Positions 1-11,196 are shown, numbered from the stretch's first letter. The stretch: 64,000 nt of DNA from Candidatus Spongiihabitans sp. (GCA_965206355.1 OZ242212.1:1310814-1374813); one strand, 5' to 3'. Notes: generated from the letters alone by a model not told the origin. Made by a program: numbers and translations.

Positions 1-1440
1 GGACCACAAATTATTCAGATGTTTGGTCGTGGTGTCCGTCTCAAGGGATATGGCATGTCGCTCAAACGGCATACCGCACTTGAGGGTGAACGTCCACTGG
101 ATAGCAATCAACTCAAATTTCTTGAAACGCTTAATATCTTTGGTCTTAAAGCCAACTATATGGACAAATTCAAACAGTATTTACAAAAAGAGGGCGTTAA
201 TGTTGATCGAGTTACCCTTGTATTGCCAGTAAAAAAACAGCTCACAAATATAAAACACCTTAAAATTCTTAAAAAACAGGACATCGGCGAGTTTCAATAC
301 TCAAAGGCACGCCTTGATTTGCCAGCCCAACCCGACAAACGAATCAGGGTAACGCTTGATCGTTACAAGCACTTGCAAGTTATTGCATCAGAAGAATACC
401 AAACAGGAAGCACAACACGCGCTAAAACAGAAGGAAAAATTAAGAAAAGGCATCTGGATTTGATCAACAAAAGAGAAGTCTATCATCAAGTACTAGAACG
501 AAAACACCGGTATTCATGGCATAACATCGCCGTTTCCCAAGAGACAGTGGATACGTTACTTGAAAATCAAGATTGGTACGCACTTTATATTCCATCTGAA
601 AAACTTCAACCATCACGCTACGGCAGAGTGCGAGAATGGGAAGCCCTTGCGGTTGATTTGATTTGTGAATATGCAAACCAATATTGGCGCAGAGAGAGAA
701 ATATCTGGGAACATAAATACATTGAAGCCGTGCCACTGGATGATAACGCGAATTATTTTGATGAATATCAAATTTCTGTTGATGCCGGGGAAGAAAACCT
801 GATAAAAAACATTAAGCAGTTGGTTGAAGATGTGGGAAATGGTCAATACGAAGAGCAATTAGGTTTAGGTGATGTGAATATATTGACTTCATGTTTTCAC
901 GCTTATGTGCCGTTGTTTCATGCTTCAACCGGTTCGGAAAAATCCGTTCAAATTTCTCCGCTTGTCTTAAATGATGGTGAAGCCCAGTTTATTAAAGACC
1001 TGAAAAAGATTGTGGAAAGTGCGAATATTTCTTTTCTAAAAGAAAAGCATATCTACCTGATGCGTAACATGAGTCGTGGAAAAGGGGTTTCTTTTTTTGA
1101 TGATTATTCTTTTTATCCTGACTTCATTCTTTGGGTCAAAGGCTCCGACAGACAAGACATTCTGTTTATCGACCCTAAAGGGCTTGTGAATTTTAACAGT
1201 CGTGTTATCTCCAAAGTGAACCTGCATGAGCGGATAAAAGACACCGAGAAAAAGATTCAGCAGAAACATAAAAATCTTTTTCTGCATTCCTATATCTGGT
1301 CTGTCACACATCCTAAAGACATTGGAAGCGATAGCGCAATGACACAGAATGATTGCCGAGAAAAGGGTATATTTCTGGCTCAAGGGGGTTCTTTTGAGAT
1401 GATTTGTCTCTTGCAACACGCGCTTGGTTGCCCTAAATGA
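1..1440 (+). CDS. C-terminal part of an SF2 helicase / restriction Res-like protein with a PD-(D/E)xK-type nuclease tail (5' end outside the window)
   Basis: Frame +1 is open from base 1 (GPQIIQMFGRGVRLKG), so helicase motif VI (Q-x-x-G-R-x-x-R) sits at the window edge. The C-terminal FYPDFILWVKG...ILFIDPKG resembles the PD...(D/E)xK core at the C terminus of type III Res subunits. Recognised by motif only. Confidence 0.5.
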   Translation, partial: GPQIIQMFGRGVRLKGYGMSLKRHTALEGERPLDSNQLKFLETLNIFGLKANYMDKFKQYLQKEGVNVDRVTLVLPVKKQLTNIKHLKILKKQDIGEFQYSKARLDLPAQPDKRIRVTLDRYKHLQVIASEEYQTGSTTRAKTEGKIKKRHLDLINKREVYHQVLERKHRYSWHNIAVSQETVDTLLENQDWYALYIPSEKLQPSRYGRVREWEALAVDLICEYANQYWRRERNIWEHKYIEAVPLDDNANYFDEYQISVDAGEENLIKNIKQLVEDVGNGQYEEQLGLGDVNILTSCFHAYVPLFHASTGSEKSVQISPLVLNDGEAQFIKDLKKIVESANISFLKEKHIYLMRNMSRGKGVSFFDDYSFYPDFILWVKGSDRQDILFIDPKGLVNFNSRVISKVNLHERIKDTEKKIQQKHKNLFLHSYIWSVTHPKDIGSDSAMTQNDCREKGIFLAQGGSFEMICLLQHALGCPK

Positions 1441-1603
1441 TGGTTGATAAATTTTGGTGAGAATAATCCACAGGGAGGGACAACTGATCGGAAAAAATCA
1501 TCGTTTGTGAGTGTGGTTATCAGGCATAGAGGGGCTGTACAATAGGATTAATGATTTTAATCCAAATGTTGGTTGGAATGCTTAATCCAGGATTGAAAGT
1601 ATA

Positions 1604-3793
1604 GTGTCATTATTACAAAACTCCCAAGACGATTGCAGCATTGATCAAGTGGTGTCTTGGCTGGAGTCTGCTTGCCCGCGGGAGATGGAGGAGAATGTGG
1701 CATCGGGCAGGCAAATGGTGGCTGTTTTGCAGGGGTTGAAGATGGATCGGGTTGGCTTGATTGCGGGTTTGCTACAGAGTTTGCTCAATGGCTTAACGCC
1801 GCTTTCCGAATCAGAATCGGCGCATGTTGATAGGCATTTTGGTGCTGGAGTCATCACTTTGTATCACAGTATCAATCGGATACGGCAGTTGTCTGACCGA
1901 TTAAGTGTTGCTGTTTCGAAGCGTAGCCGTGCGGAAACGGATGAAGAAAACCTTCGCAAAATGTTGATTACTATGGTCGATGATGTGCGGGTGGTGCAAA
2001 TTTGTCTGGCTAACCAATTGGTTTTACTTAGAGCGTCAAAAACAAAAACGGTTGCCTTCCAAAAAATTCAGGCACGCTTGACCGAGGATATTTACGCGCC
2101 ACTGGCCAATCGACTGGGCATCGGACAGCTCAAATGGGAATTGGAAGATTTTGCGTTTCGTTATTTACGTCCGCATGCCTATCATGCGCTTGCCAGCGAG
2201 CTGGAAGAAAAAAGGCAGGTGCGCGAACACTATATTGTGCGATTGCTGGCGGAGATACAAACGCATTTTCGCGATGCTGGCATTGATGCTGAACTGCAAG
2301 GGCGACCCAAGCATATTTATAGCATCTGGAAAAAAATGCAGCGCAAGGATTTGCAATTCAAGCAGTTATGGGATATTCGGGGAGTACGCATCCTTGTGCA
2401 TAATGTAGAAGATTGTTATTCGGCATTGAGCGTAATTCATTCAATGTGGCAGCACATTCCGGATCAATTTAGCGATTATATTTCAGTGCCCAAGATCAAT
2501 GGCTATCAATCCATTCATAGTGTGGTAATCGGTCCGCAAAATAAGAGTGTTGAAGTTCAAATACGCACTTATGCGATGCACGAAGAAAGCGAGCTGGGTG
2601 TTGCCGCACATTGGCGTTATAAAGAAAAACTCGGGCAGGACAATGATATCGATAGCAAAGTCGTGCGCTTACGCAGATTGCTGGACTGGAAAAATGAGGT
2701 TATGGAAGCGACTGCCACAGCAGATGAAGCGGTAGGCGAAAATGACGATGCAAATGCCCGCCACGAGCATCAGTATCAGCAACAGCGCCACACAGATCAG
2801 AGCCGACCCGACCAAAGAATCTATGTGTTCACACCTAAAGGAAGCATTGTCGATTTACCCGCAGGTTCGACACCGATAGATTTTGCTTATGCGATTCATT
2901 CCGAGGTCGGTCATCGAACTCGTGGTGCGCAAGTCAACGGCAAGATGGTACCGCTAAACTACACCTTGCAGACCACCGAGCAGGTGCATATCCAGACCGT
3001 TAAATCGGGTGCTCCGAGTAGGGATTGGCTGCGTAATGATCTTGGTGGTGTGCGCACAAACAGAGCGCGTAGCCGGATTTTGCAATGGTTCAAACATGCC
3101 GACTACGATCAAAATGTGTCCGAAGGAAGAGCTATGCTGGAGAGAGAATTACATCGTCTGGGGCTGGAGGATCTGAGTTATGAAAAAATAAATCAGCATA
3201 CCCATTTTCAAAAAGTAGAGGATTTATTAGCCGCAATCGGTGCCAAAGATTTCAAGTTATCTAAAGCCTTGTATCCGTTCAAACCGGCGTTGGATGAGGA
3301 CTTGGAATCCATAGTCAGTAAATCGAAACCGTCCACAACAGCACCCAATAAGGATAGTTTTAGAGTGCATGGCGTGGGTAATTTGCTGACGCGGATGGCG
3401 AAATGTTGTCGACCACTTCCGGGTGATCAAATTATTGGTTTTATTGCTTCTGGTCGGGGTGTTTCTATTCATAGACGGCAGTGCAGTAACATTCTTAACC
3501 TCGATGAAAGCCTGAGCAATCGGCTGATTGATGTGGATTGGGGAGAACAATCCCGATCCGTATATAATCTGGAATTACAGGTTACTGCCTACCACCGCAG
3601 CGGCTTGTTGCATGAAATCACCGAGAAACTAAAAGCGGCGAATGCAGACGTCATCAGCGTTAATATGGAGACCAATCAGGAGCATGTTACCCGATTACAG
3701 TTTCGCCTTGAAATAACTGGCACCATGCGCCCCGAACAATTGATTAGCCGATTATCTTCAATCCAAAATGTATTTGAGGTGAGGAGAGACTAA
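1604..3793 (+). CDS. relA: GTP pyrophosphokinase, (p)ppGpp synthetase I
   Basis: 729-aa ORF with GTG start. It has the RelA/SpoT synthetase core (HIYSIWKKMQRK, DIRGVRILV, GYQSIHSVV), a TGS domain (IYVFTPKGSIVDLPAGSTPIDFAYAIHSEVGHR) and a C-terminal ACT-like region. I saw no obvious HD hydrolase motif in the N-terminal part, so RelA rather than SpoT. Confidence 0.9.
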   Translation: MSLLQNSQDDCSIDQVVSWLESACPREMEENVASGRQMVAVLQGLKMDRVGLIAGLLQSLLNGLTPLSESESAHVDRHFGAGVITLYHSINRIRQLSDRLSVAVSKRSRAETDEENLRKMLITMVDDVRVVQICLANQLVLLRASKTKTVAFQKIQARLTEDIYAPLANRLGIGQLKWELEDFAFRYLRPHAYHALASELEEKRQVREHYIVRLLAEIQTHFRDAGIDAELQGRPKHIYSIWKKMQRKDLQFKQLWDIRGVRILVHNVEDCYSALSVIHSMWQHIPDQFSDYISVPKINGYQSIHSVVIGPQNKSVEVQIRTYAMHEESELGVAAHWRYKEKLGQDNDIDSKVVRLRRLLDWKNEVMEATATADEAVGENDDANARHEHQYQQQRHTDQSRPDQRIYVFTPKGSIVDLPAGSTPIDFAYAIHSEVGHRTRGAQVNGKMVPLNYTLQTTEQVHIQTVKSGAPSRDWLRNDLGGVRTNRARSRILQWFKHADYDQNVSEGRAMLERELHRLGLEDLSYEKINQHTHFQKVEDLLAAIGAKDFKLSKALYPFKPALDEDLESIVSKSKPSTTAPNKDSFRVHGVGNLLTRMAKCCRPLPGDQIIGFIASGRGVSIHRRQCSNILNLDESLSNRLIDVDWGEQSRSVYNLELQVTAYHRSGLLHEITEKLKAANADVISVNMETNQEHVTRLQFRLEITGTMRPEQLISRLSSIQNVFEVRRD

Positions 3794-3834
3794 AGGGTAC
3801 ATCTAAAGATAGCGAGTCTCTAAAGACGGTTGCA

Positions 3835-6672
3835 TTATGGTTGCTGAAGCAATGGTTTTAAGTAGGTGCCGGTATGAGATGTTTGTACTTCTGCAACTTG
3901 TTCAGGTGTGCCGCAGGCAACAATTTCTCCGCCGCCATCCCCGCCTTCCGGTCCCAGGTCTAAAATCCAGTCTGCCGTCTTTATTACGTCCAGATTATGC
4001 TCAATGACGAGGATGGTGTTGCCATGCTCTTTTAAGCGGTGGAGGACGCTTAGTAATTGGCGTATGTCGTGAAAATGCAGGCCAGTGGTCGGTTCATCAA
4101 GCACATAGAGGGTTCTGCCGGTGTCGCGTTTCGACAGTTCCCGAGAGAGTTTCACCCTTTGTGCTTCACCACCAGAAAGCGTGATTGCGCTTTGTCCAAG
4201 GGTAATATAGCCCAATCCGACATCAAGCAAGGTATCCAGTTTTCGTTTAATTGACGGAATGGCTGAAAAGAAGGGTGCAGCATTTTCAACAGTCATTTGT
4301 AGAATCTCGCTGATATTCTTGCCTTTATAGCGCACATCAAGAGTCTCGCGATTATATCGTTCACCTTGACACATATCACAGGAGACATAAATATCAGGCA
4401 GAAAATGCATCTCGACACGAATCAGTCCATCGCCCTGACAGGCTTCACAGCGACCACCTTTGACGTTAAATGAAAACCGTCCGGGTTTATAACCCCGCAC
4501 TCTGGATTCCTGTGTATTGGAAAATAAATCACGAATATGGGTGAATAACCCGGTGTAAGTCGCCGGATTAGAACGCGGTGTTCTGCCGATGGGACTCTGA
4601 TTAATTGAAATAATCTTGTCGAAATGAGTGAGCCCGGATATGGCAGAATAAGGCAGGGGCTGTGCCCGCATCAGATTTAATTGCTGGGCGACGGCAGGGT
4701 ACAGCGTGCCGTTGATCAGAGTGGATTTTCCGGAGCCAGATACACCGGTTATGCAGGTAAACAAGCCGACCGGGATTCGTGCAGACACATTCTTCAAATT
4801 ATTCCCCGTGGCACCCACAATTTCAAGCATTCGCTCTGGATCAGGGACGGTACGCGACCGTGGTACTTCAATTCGCTCCTTGCCGATTAGGAACTGCCCG
4901 GTAATGGAATTTTTTGCGTTAATCACCGTATTGGGTTTGCCCTGAGCGACAATAGTGCCACCATGTTTACCCGACCCCGGTCCTATATCAACCACATAAT
5001 CTGCGCTACGAATGGCTTCCTCGTCGTGTTCAACAACAATAACCGTATTGCCTAAATCTCTGAGATGAAACAAGGTTTTCAATAATCGGGCATTGTCTCG
5101 TTGGTGCAACCCGATTGACGGTTCATCCAGAACATACATGACACCGACCAGACCAGAGCCGATTTGTGATGCTAGTCGGATGCGTTGTGCTTCACCACCC
5201 GACAAAGTTTCTGCGGCTCGGGATAACGATAAATAATTGAGACCGACATTGATTAAAAACTCCAGTCGGGATTTGATTTCCTGGGCAATTTTTCGGGAAA
5301 TTTCGGCTCGTCTGCCCTGTAAATCAAGGTTCGTGAAAAATTTAAGAGTTTTTTCCACCGGCAATTTTGTCAGTCCCTGAATAGTCTGCCCTTCGATAAA
5401 CACATGACGCGCCGCAGTTCTCAAACGGCTACCATCACAGCTAGCACACATTTTGGTACTCATGTACTTCGCCAACTCTTCCCGCACAGAAGATGATTCG
5501 GTTTCGTGATACCGACGATGATAATTATTTATCACTCCTTCAAAGGTATGGCATTTCTCAAATTTTTTGCCAGGTCTTATGTAAACAAAATTAATCAGCG
5601 CATTGCCGCTACCATAAAATATGATTTCCTGATGTTTTTTTGATAGCGTGTGAAAGGGTGCGTCGACATCAAATCCATAGTGCTTGGCCAGACAGGTAAG
5701 TTGCGTATGGTAGTAGCCATTGCGCCGATCCCAGCCCGGAATGGCCCCGGCGGTCAAGGCTAATTCCGGATTATGCACAACCCGTTCGGGATCGAAGAAT
5801 TGGCGCACGCCTAAACCGTCGCAGTCCTCACAGGCCCCCGCCGGATTGTTAAACGAGAACAATCGGGGCTCCAGCTCATCAAGACTGTATCCACAGTGGG
5901 GACAGGCAAACTTGCTTGAAAACAGGAGGGTGTGCTGAATATTTTTCTGTTCGTCCAGTAGTGCAACTTTTGCGGTTCCGTCGGTAAGGTTCAACGCGGT
6001 TTCAAGAGATTCTGCAAGCCGTTGTCGATTCCCTTCCTTGATCAGCAGACGATCAATAATTACCTCAATATCATGTTTATAACGCTTGTCCAGTTTGGGT
6101 GGGTCATCCAGCTCGACGGTTTCACCATCAATGATGGCGCGTATGTAACCTTGAGAATGAAGCTCACCGATTAACTTATGGAATTCTCCTTTACGATTAT
6201 TTACAATGGGTGCCAGTAGCATCAATCGGCTACCTTGAGGTTGCACCATGATGGAATCAACCATCTGGCTGATGGTTTGTGCTTCCAGAGTAACATCGTG
6301 ATCCGGGCATTTAGGGTCACCAATTCTGGCGAACAATAAACGCAGATAGTCGTATATTTCGGTTACCGTGCCGACTGTGGAGCGTGGATTGTGAGAAGAG
6401 GATTTTTGTTCTATGCTGATTGCCGGAGACAATCCTTCAATCATATCGACATCGGGTTTTTCCATCATCGACAGAAATTGTCGGGCATAAGTGGACAGAG
6501 ACTCCACATAACGCCGTTGTCCTTCGGCGTAGATAGTGTCGAACGCAAGAGAAGACTTCCCCGACCCCGACAATCCGGTAATGACAATCAGCTCATCTCT
6601 TGGCAGGTCGAGATCGACTGATTTTAGGTTATGGGTTCTGGCTCCGCGAATTTGAATTTTTTCTATGGTCAC
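3835..6672 (-). CDS. uvrA: excinuclease ABC subunit A
   Basis: 945 aa with two ABC ATPase modules ([14 protein letters not shown] and [11 protein letters not shown]), the LSGGEAQR signature twice, and zinc-finger Cys clusters ([15 protein letters not shown]). Confidence 0.97.
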   Translation of the reverse strand: MTIEKIQIRGARTHNLKSVDLDLPRDELIVITGLSGSGKSSLAFDTIYAEGQRRYVESLSTYARQFLSMMEKPDVDMIEGLSPAISIEQKSSSHNPRSTVGTVTEIYDYLRLLFARIGDPKCPDHDVTLEAQTISQMVDSIMVQPQGSRLMLLAPIVNNRKGEFHKLIGELHSQGYIRAIIDGETVELDDPPKLDKRYKHDIEVIIDRLLIKEGNRQRLAESLETALNLTDGTAKVALLDEQKNIQHTLLFSSKFACPHCGYSLDELEPRLFSFNNPAGACEDCDGLGVRQFFDPERVVHNPELALTAGAIPGWDRRNGYYHTQLTCLAKHYGFDVDAPFHTLSKKHQEIIFYGSGNALINFVYIRPGKKFEKCHTFEGVINNYHRRYHETESSSVREELAKYMSTKMCASCDGSRLRTAARHVFIEGQTIQGLTKLPVEKTLKFFTNLDLQGRRAEISRKIAQEIKSRLEFLINVGLNYLSLSRAAETLSGGEAQRIRLASQIGSGLVGVMYVLDEPSIGLHQRDNARLLKTLFHLRDLGNTVIVVEHDEEAIRSADYVVDIGPGSGKHGGTIVAQGKPNTVINAKNSITGQFLIGKERIEVPRSRTVPDPERMLEIVGATGNNLKNVSARIPVGLFTCITGVSGSGKSTLINGTLYPAVAQQLNLMRAQPLPYSAISGLTHFDKIISINQSPIGRTPRSNPATYTGLFTHIRDLFSNTQESRVRGYKPGRFSFNVKGGRCEACQGDGLIRVEMHFLPDIYVSCDMCQGERYNRETLDVRYKGKNISEILQMTVENAAPFFSAIPSIKRKLDTLLDVGLGYITLGQSAITLSGGEAQRVKLSRELSKRDTGRTLYVLDEPTTGLHFHDIRQLLSVLHRLKEHGNTILVIEHNLDVIKTADWILDLGPEGGDGGGEIVACGTPEQVAEVQTSHTGTYLKPLLQQP

Positions 6673-6765
6673 AACAAATCCGATTTTTCAAAACAAACCT
6701 GATACTATACGCGCCCTTTGCTATTGCAGACAACCACTAATTGCAAATTACGAAATGGCATCCGC

Positions 6766-7989
6766 ATGAAAATGAAAACAATAATCAATCCGATGTTGCC
6801 GAGCGAGCGCAGAGCGGTGTTCTCTTTGGCGAGTATTTTCTCGTTGCGTATGTTCGGGTTATTTATGTTGTTGCCGGTACTGGCTGTTTATGCAGAGCAT
6901 TTGAGCGGAACGACACCGCTATTGCTTGGGCTGGCACTGGGCATATACGGTTTAACGCAAGCTATTTTTCAAATACCGTTTGGTATGCTATCAGATCGCA
7001 TAGAGCGCAAAAAAGTAATCGCCTGCGGCTTAATCATATTTGCAGCGGGCAGTATCATAGCCGCGTTATCGGACTCCATTCAGTGGCTGATAGTGGGCAG
7101 GGCAGTGCAGGGTGCAGGCGCAATATCGGCAGCGGTTCTGGCATTAAATGCGGATTTAACCCGCAACGAACAGCGTACCAAGTCTATGGCAATCATCGGC
7201 ATCAGCATCGGCTTCACTTTTCTGATGTCTTTGATCTTTGCGCCGATTCTGCACGCTATTATCGGTATTGATGGGTTGTTTTGGTTAATTGCGCTGTTGG
7301 CACTGATGGCGATTCTGGTGTTGTACAAAGTAGTTCCGAGTGCGTCTCCGAGTGCCGAGAGTCAGAAATATGTGCCGCTTCGGGGGCAGATTAGCGATGC
7401 CCTGAAAAACCCGCAATTGATGCAACTCAATCTGGGTATTTTGGTGTTGCATCTCGTGTTAACCGCCTTGTTTTTAGTATTACCCAATATATTGATAACG
7501 CAAAGCGGGTTACCGCTATCTGGACACTGGAAACTATATGCGCCAATCTTGCTGGCATCGGTATTGGGGATGGCACCATTTGTGGTTGCCGGTGCAAAAC
7601 CGAAATTCGTCAAAATCGCCTATCAACTGGCGATTTCTCTGCTTCTGTTTGCTCTGCTGATGCTAGCATTTGCACTCAATCATTCGCTGCTCTGGTTGCT
7701 GCTGTCAATGGCAGTTTTCTTTAGTGCATTTAATGCGCTAGAGTCGCTGTTACCTTCTCTGGTGTCGCAGTTAGCTACGGCGAATAACAAGGGCACGGCG
7801 ATTGGAATTTACAATACCTTTCAATTTTCCGGCATCTTTTTCGGTGGAGTGGCAGGAGGTTGGATATTGGGGAGACAAGGAGTAGTGGGGGTTTTTGTGT
7901 TTTGTAGTGTTATTGTTATTGGATGGCTACTGCTGTCCTGCTTTACCCCCTATTTTGAGCTGACGAAACCCGAAAGCCGCCGAAATTGA
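6766..7989 (+). CDS. MFS transporter
   Basis: Highly hydrophobic multi-TM protein with an MFS loop 2-3 type motif (GMLSDRIERKK). ATG at 6766 (MKMKTI) is preferred over the TTG at 6718 listed in the ORF track. Confidence 0.8.
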   Translation: MKMKTIINPMLPSERRAVFSLASIFSLRMFGLFMLLPVLAVYAEHLSGTTPLLLGLALGIYGLTQAIFQIPFGMLSDRIERKKVIACGLIIFAAGSIIAALSDSIQWLIVGRAVQGAGAISAAVLALNADLTRNEQRTKSMAIIGISIGFTFLMSLIFAPILHAIIGIDGLFWLIALLALMAILVLYKVVPSASPSAESQKYVPLRGQISDALKNPQLMQLNLGILVLHLVLTALFLVLPNILITQSGLPLSGHWKLYAPILLASVLGMAPFVVAGAKPKFVKIAYQLAISLLLFALLMLAFALNHSLLWLLLSMAVFFSAFNALESLLPSLVSQLATANNKGTAIGIYNTFQFSGIFFGGVAGGWILGRQGVVGVFVFCSVIVIGWLLLSCFTPYFELTKPESRRN

Positions 7990-8185
7990 AAACCCAATAT
8001 TTGACAATAAACGGGCGCAATAAATGACTCGCAAAAAGGCGGGCTGATTGGTAGAATGAGGCAACTCAATGGAATTGAGCATGTGGGCATTGTTTGCGGC
8101 GGAACGATGATTACTTTGGAAGCGGACGAAAATGTCCGTAGTCACGCCGATGTTGAACGATATTTAAGACCGAAGGAGGTCCATA

Positions 8186-8662
8186 ATGGCAAGAGGCATT
8201 AACAAGGTTATACTGGTTGGAAATTTGGGGCGAGACCCGGAAATACGCTACACATCCAGTGGTGCGGCAGTAGCCAATATCACGCTGGCGACCAGTGATA
8301 CATGGAAAGACAAACAAACCGGCGACTCGCAGGAGCGTACCGAATGGCATCGAGTGGTGTTTTTTAATCGTCTGGCAGAAGTGGTGGGCGAATATCTTAA
8401 AAAAGGCGCGCAGGTTTACGTTGAAGGGCGAATACAAACCAGAAAGTGGCAGGATAAAAGTGGACAGGATCGTTATACCACCGAAGTGGTTGCCAGTGAA
8501 ATGCAAATGCTGGGAAGCAAGGGCGGTGGTTTTCAGCCTAATGAGGGTGGCTCAATGGACGATATGAATTTTGACCAGTCGGCATCTTCGGGTACGGCAT
8601 CCGCAAAACCAGCAAGCAAAGCCGTTGCTACCGAAGATTTTGATGACGATATTCCCTTTTAA
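8186..8662 (+). CDS. ssb: single-stranded DNA-binding protein
   Basis: OB-fold N terminus ([23 protein letters not shown]...WHRVVFF), a Gly/Ser-rich linker and an acidic tail [13 protein letters not shown] lies upstream of the ATG. Divergent from uvrA across one intervening gene. Confidence 0.95.
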   Translation: MARGINKVILVGNLGRDPEIRYTSSGAAVANITLATSDTWKDKQTGDSQERTEWHRVVFFNRLAEVVGEYLKKGAQVYVEGRIQTRKWQDKSGQDRYTTEVVASEMQMLGSKGGGFQPNEGGSMDDMNFDQSASSGTASAKPASKAVATEDFDDDIPF

Positions 8663-8910
8663 GGGTGTTTTTGCTGATTGGCGTGTAGATAATGGGCAAA
8701 ATGTGACAAAGCGCACAGACCTATTGTTGTTAATAGTGGACAATTCCTCTTGCCCAAGGAAATGTATAGCCAATGGATTGGACAAAAAGAGGTAAGCTCA
8801 TAAGGATTAGGGATAGAATGTTGAGCGCTATCAGGATGCGATAGTAATTGATTTCATTATTAACGCGAGCTGATATTACCAAGGAGCTTCTTTGCATAAC
8901 ACCGGGGTAG

Positions 8911-8942
8911 AGCCCAGACTGTAAACCGGTCTGGGCTTTTTT
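8911..8942 (+). terminator. rho-independent terminator (9-bp stem AGCCCAGAC/GTCTGGGCT followed by a T-run)
   Basis: agcccagac-tgtaaaccg-gtctgggct-ttttt read directly. It lies about 250 nt downstream of the ssb stop with no annotated ORF in between. Confidence 0.5.
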
Positions 8943-9106
8943 GTGGCAAAACGGATAATCGTAAGCAAGCCGAAAGCGGATGGGTAGCGCGGCGCAAAGA
9001 TAGATGGCAACACAACATGATAAAGGCGGTATAATTTCCGCCTGCGGTGATTGGCGAGCGATGACAGTCATCTCGTTTGCTAACAACCCGGATAGCCTGT
9101 CCGCCG

Positions 9107-9760
9107 ATGAAAAATTTAAAGAAACTTAAACAACAATATGCTGATGCGGGAATCCGTCAGGACAGCGTCTGTCGTGACCCACTTGATCAATTCAGGTTGT
9201 GGTTTGATCAGGCGCTTGATTCGGGTATTGCCGAAGCTGATGGGTTTTGTTTGTCCACGGTATCGACAGAAGGAAAACCTTCCCAACGCACCGTGCTAAT
9301 GAAGTCTTATGACCGTGATGGTCTGGTATTTTACAGCAACCACCATAGCCGCAAAGCCCAGCAACTTATGCAGAATAATCAGGTTTCGGCATTGTTCCCA
9401 TGGTATGAACTGCATCGTCAGATAATTATTGAAGGCACAGTGAGTCGGGTCAGCGATCAATTATCACGCGACTATTTTCATTCCAGACCCCGGGAAAGTC
9501 AGATTAGCGCACACGCCTCTCGTCAAAGCGAGACAATTGCCTCACGACAAATGCTCGAACAGCAACAACAGGAAATAGAACAAGGGTTCGCCAACCAACA
9601 AATACCATTGCCAAAATTTTGGGGTGGTTACCGTATCAAGCCCACCCGTTTTGAATTTTGGCAAGGACGCGCCCACCGATTGCATGATCGAATTCTTTAC
9701 ATAAAGACAAATAGCGCAGAGAACGATAACCAATGGGAAATTATACGCTTATCGCCATAG
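9107..9760 (+). CDS. pdxH: pyridoxamine 5'-phosphate oxidase
   Basis: 217 aa from ATG 9107. PNPOx-type sequence including RTVLMK, the C-terminal FEFWQGRAHRLHDR and a terminal ...LSP. Confidence 0.9.
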   Translation: MKNLKKLKQQYADAGIRQDSVCRDPLDQFRLWFDQALDSGIAEADGFCLSTVSTEGKPSQRTVLMKSYDRDGLVFYSNHHSRKAQQLMQNNQVSALFPWYELHRQIIIEGTVSRVSDQLSRDYFHSRPRESQISAHASRQSETIASRQMLEQQQQEIEQGFANQQIPLPKFWGGYRIKPTRFEFWQGRAHRLHDRILYIKTNSAENDNQWEIIRLSP

Positions 9761-9879
9761 TGCGTGTGCCTGGCGGGTATTGTCGGATAAAGGTGGGCGA
9801 GACAAAACAACGCGCTTCGCGCTTTCACAGTCCCTTGATTGTGTCGGGTTATTGAACAACACTTAACCGTCAGGAGTCT

Positions 9880-11196
9880 ATTCTGAATCAATATCAACCC
9901 CTTGCAGACCGACTTAGACCCGCCCGATTACAGGAGGTGGTTGGTCAGCAACATATTCTTGCTGAACAGAAACCCTTGTATAGTGCGATTGCGAGCGGTC
10001 AATTGCATTCTATGGTGTTCTGGGGCCCACCCGGCACGGGCAAGACGACATTAGCCAAATTGCTTGCCGCACATTGTGAGGCAGAATTTGTTTCGTTGTC
10101 TGCGGTGTTGTGTGGAGTCAAGGATATTCGTACAGCAGTCACAGCGGCAAAGTTACGCTTACAGCTTGATCAGGGTAAGACCGTTTTATTTGTTGATGAG
10201 GTGCATCGGTTTAACAAATCACAGCAAGATGCGTTTCTGCCACATATTGAAAATGGCACGATCATTTTTGTTGGTGCAACCACAGAAAACCCGTCATTTG
10301 AATTGAACAATGCACTGTTGTCGCGCTTGCGAGTTTATGTGCTGCAAGCGTTATCGGTTGAGGACATCGTTAAATTGATTGAGCGCGCCTTGCAAGACAG
10401 AGAAAAAGGGCTGGGGCAATTAAGGTTGACTATGCAGCCTGAGGCTATTCGGCAACTTGCTGAAATGGCAGATGGCGATGCACGTCGCGCATTAACACTG
10501 CTGGAAATTGCGGCAGATTTGGCAGAGCAAGGCTGTATTAGCCGTGAATTGATTAGCGAAGTGATGGCTGGAGGGGCGTTGCGGCGCTTTGATAAAGGCG
10601 GTGAAGCTTTTTACGATCAAATTTCTGCGCTACATAAGTCAGTGCGTGGCTCTGCTCCGGATGCCGCACTGTATTGGTTTTGTCGGATGATTGATGGCGG
10701 TTGTGATGCGCTGTATATTGCGCGCAGAATTGTTAGAATGGCTTCCGAAGACATCGGTAATGCCGACCCCAGGGCATTGCAAATTGCCTTAGACGCATGG
10801 CAGACTCATGAGCGATTGGGCAGTCCTGAAGGGGAGTTGGCATTGGCACAAGCAATCATTTATCTGAGCGTGGCGGCAAAAAGTAATGCGGTTTATTCGG
10901 CGTTTAATCAAGCGATGTCTGTCGCCAGAAAATCGGGTTCTCTGGAGGTGCCATTGCATTTGCGAAACGCACCGACCAAGCTGATGAAAGATCTTGAATA
11001 TGGCGATCAATATCGTTATGCACATAATGAGCCGGAGGCTTACGCTGCCGGCGAGAACTACTTCCCGGATAAATTAAAAGCCACTGTTTTTTATCAGCCA
11101 GTGGAGCGCGGATTAGAGATTAAGATAAAAGAAAAGCTGGCGCAGCTCAGGCTATGGGATAAGGCAGCGGATAAAAAAGCGGATAAGAAAATCTAA
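9880..11196 (+). CDS. rarA: replication-associated recombination protein A (AAA+ ATPase MgsA/RarA)
   Basis: Walker A GPPGTGKTTLA, Walker B/sensor VLFVDEVHRFNK and the MgsA C-terminal domain (YDQISALHKSVRGS). The conserved N-terminal motif PLADRLRPARLQEVVGQQHIL begins upstream of the first GTG (9937). The frame is open from 9856 and AGGAG (9872-9876) precedes ATT 9880 / CTG 9883. The product is secure; the start is uncertain. Confidence 0.85.
   Translation: MLNQYQPLADRLRPARLQEVVGQQHILAEQKPLYSAIASGQLHSMVFWGPPGTGKTTLAKLLAAHCEAEFVSLSAVLCGVKDIRTAVTAAKLRLQLDQGKTVLFVDEVHRFNKSQQDAFLPHIENGTIIFVGATTENPSFELNNALLSRLRVYVLQALSVEDIVKLIERALQDREKGLGQLRLTMQPEAIRQLAEMADGDARRALTLLEIAADLAEQGCISRELISEVMAGGALRRFDKGGEAFYDQISALHKSVRGSAPDAALYWFCRMIDGGCDALYIARRIVRMASEDIGNADPRALQIALDAWQTHERLGSPEGELALAQAIIYLSVAAKSNAVYSAFNQAMSVARKSGSLEVPLHLRNAPTKLMKDLEYGDQYRYAHNEPEAYAAGENYFPDKLKATVFYQPVERGLEIKIKEKLAQLRLWDKAADKKADKKI

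Noticed and set aside
6673-6765. LexA (SOS) box upstream of uvrA, and similarly upstream of ssb at 7990-8185
   Set aside because: I looked for CTGT-N8-ACAG-type palindromes in both regions and found none convincing. Absence by eye is not proof.
8111-8567. ORFs antisense to or overlapping ssb (8111-8506 -, 8295-8567 +)
   Set aside because: They lie entirely within the strongly supported ssb gene in other frames, with no independent signals.
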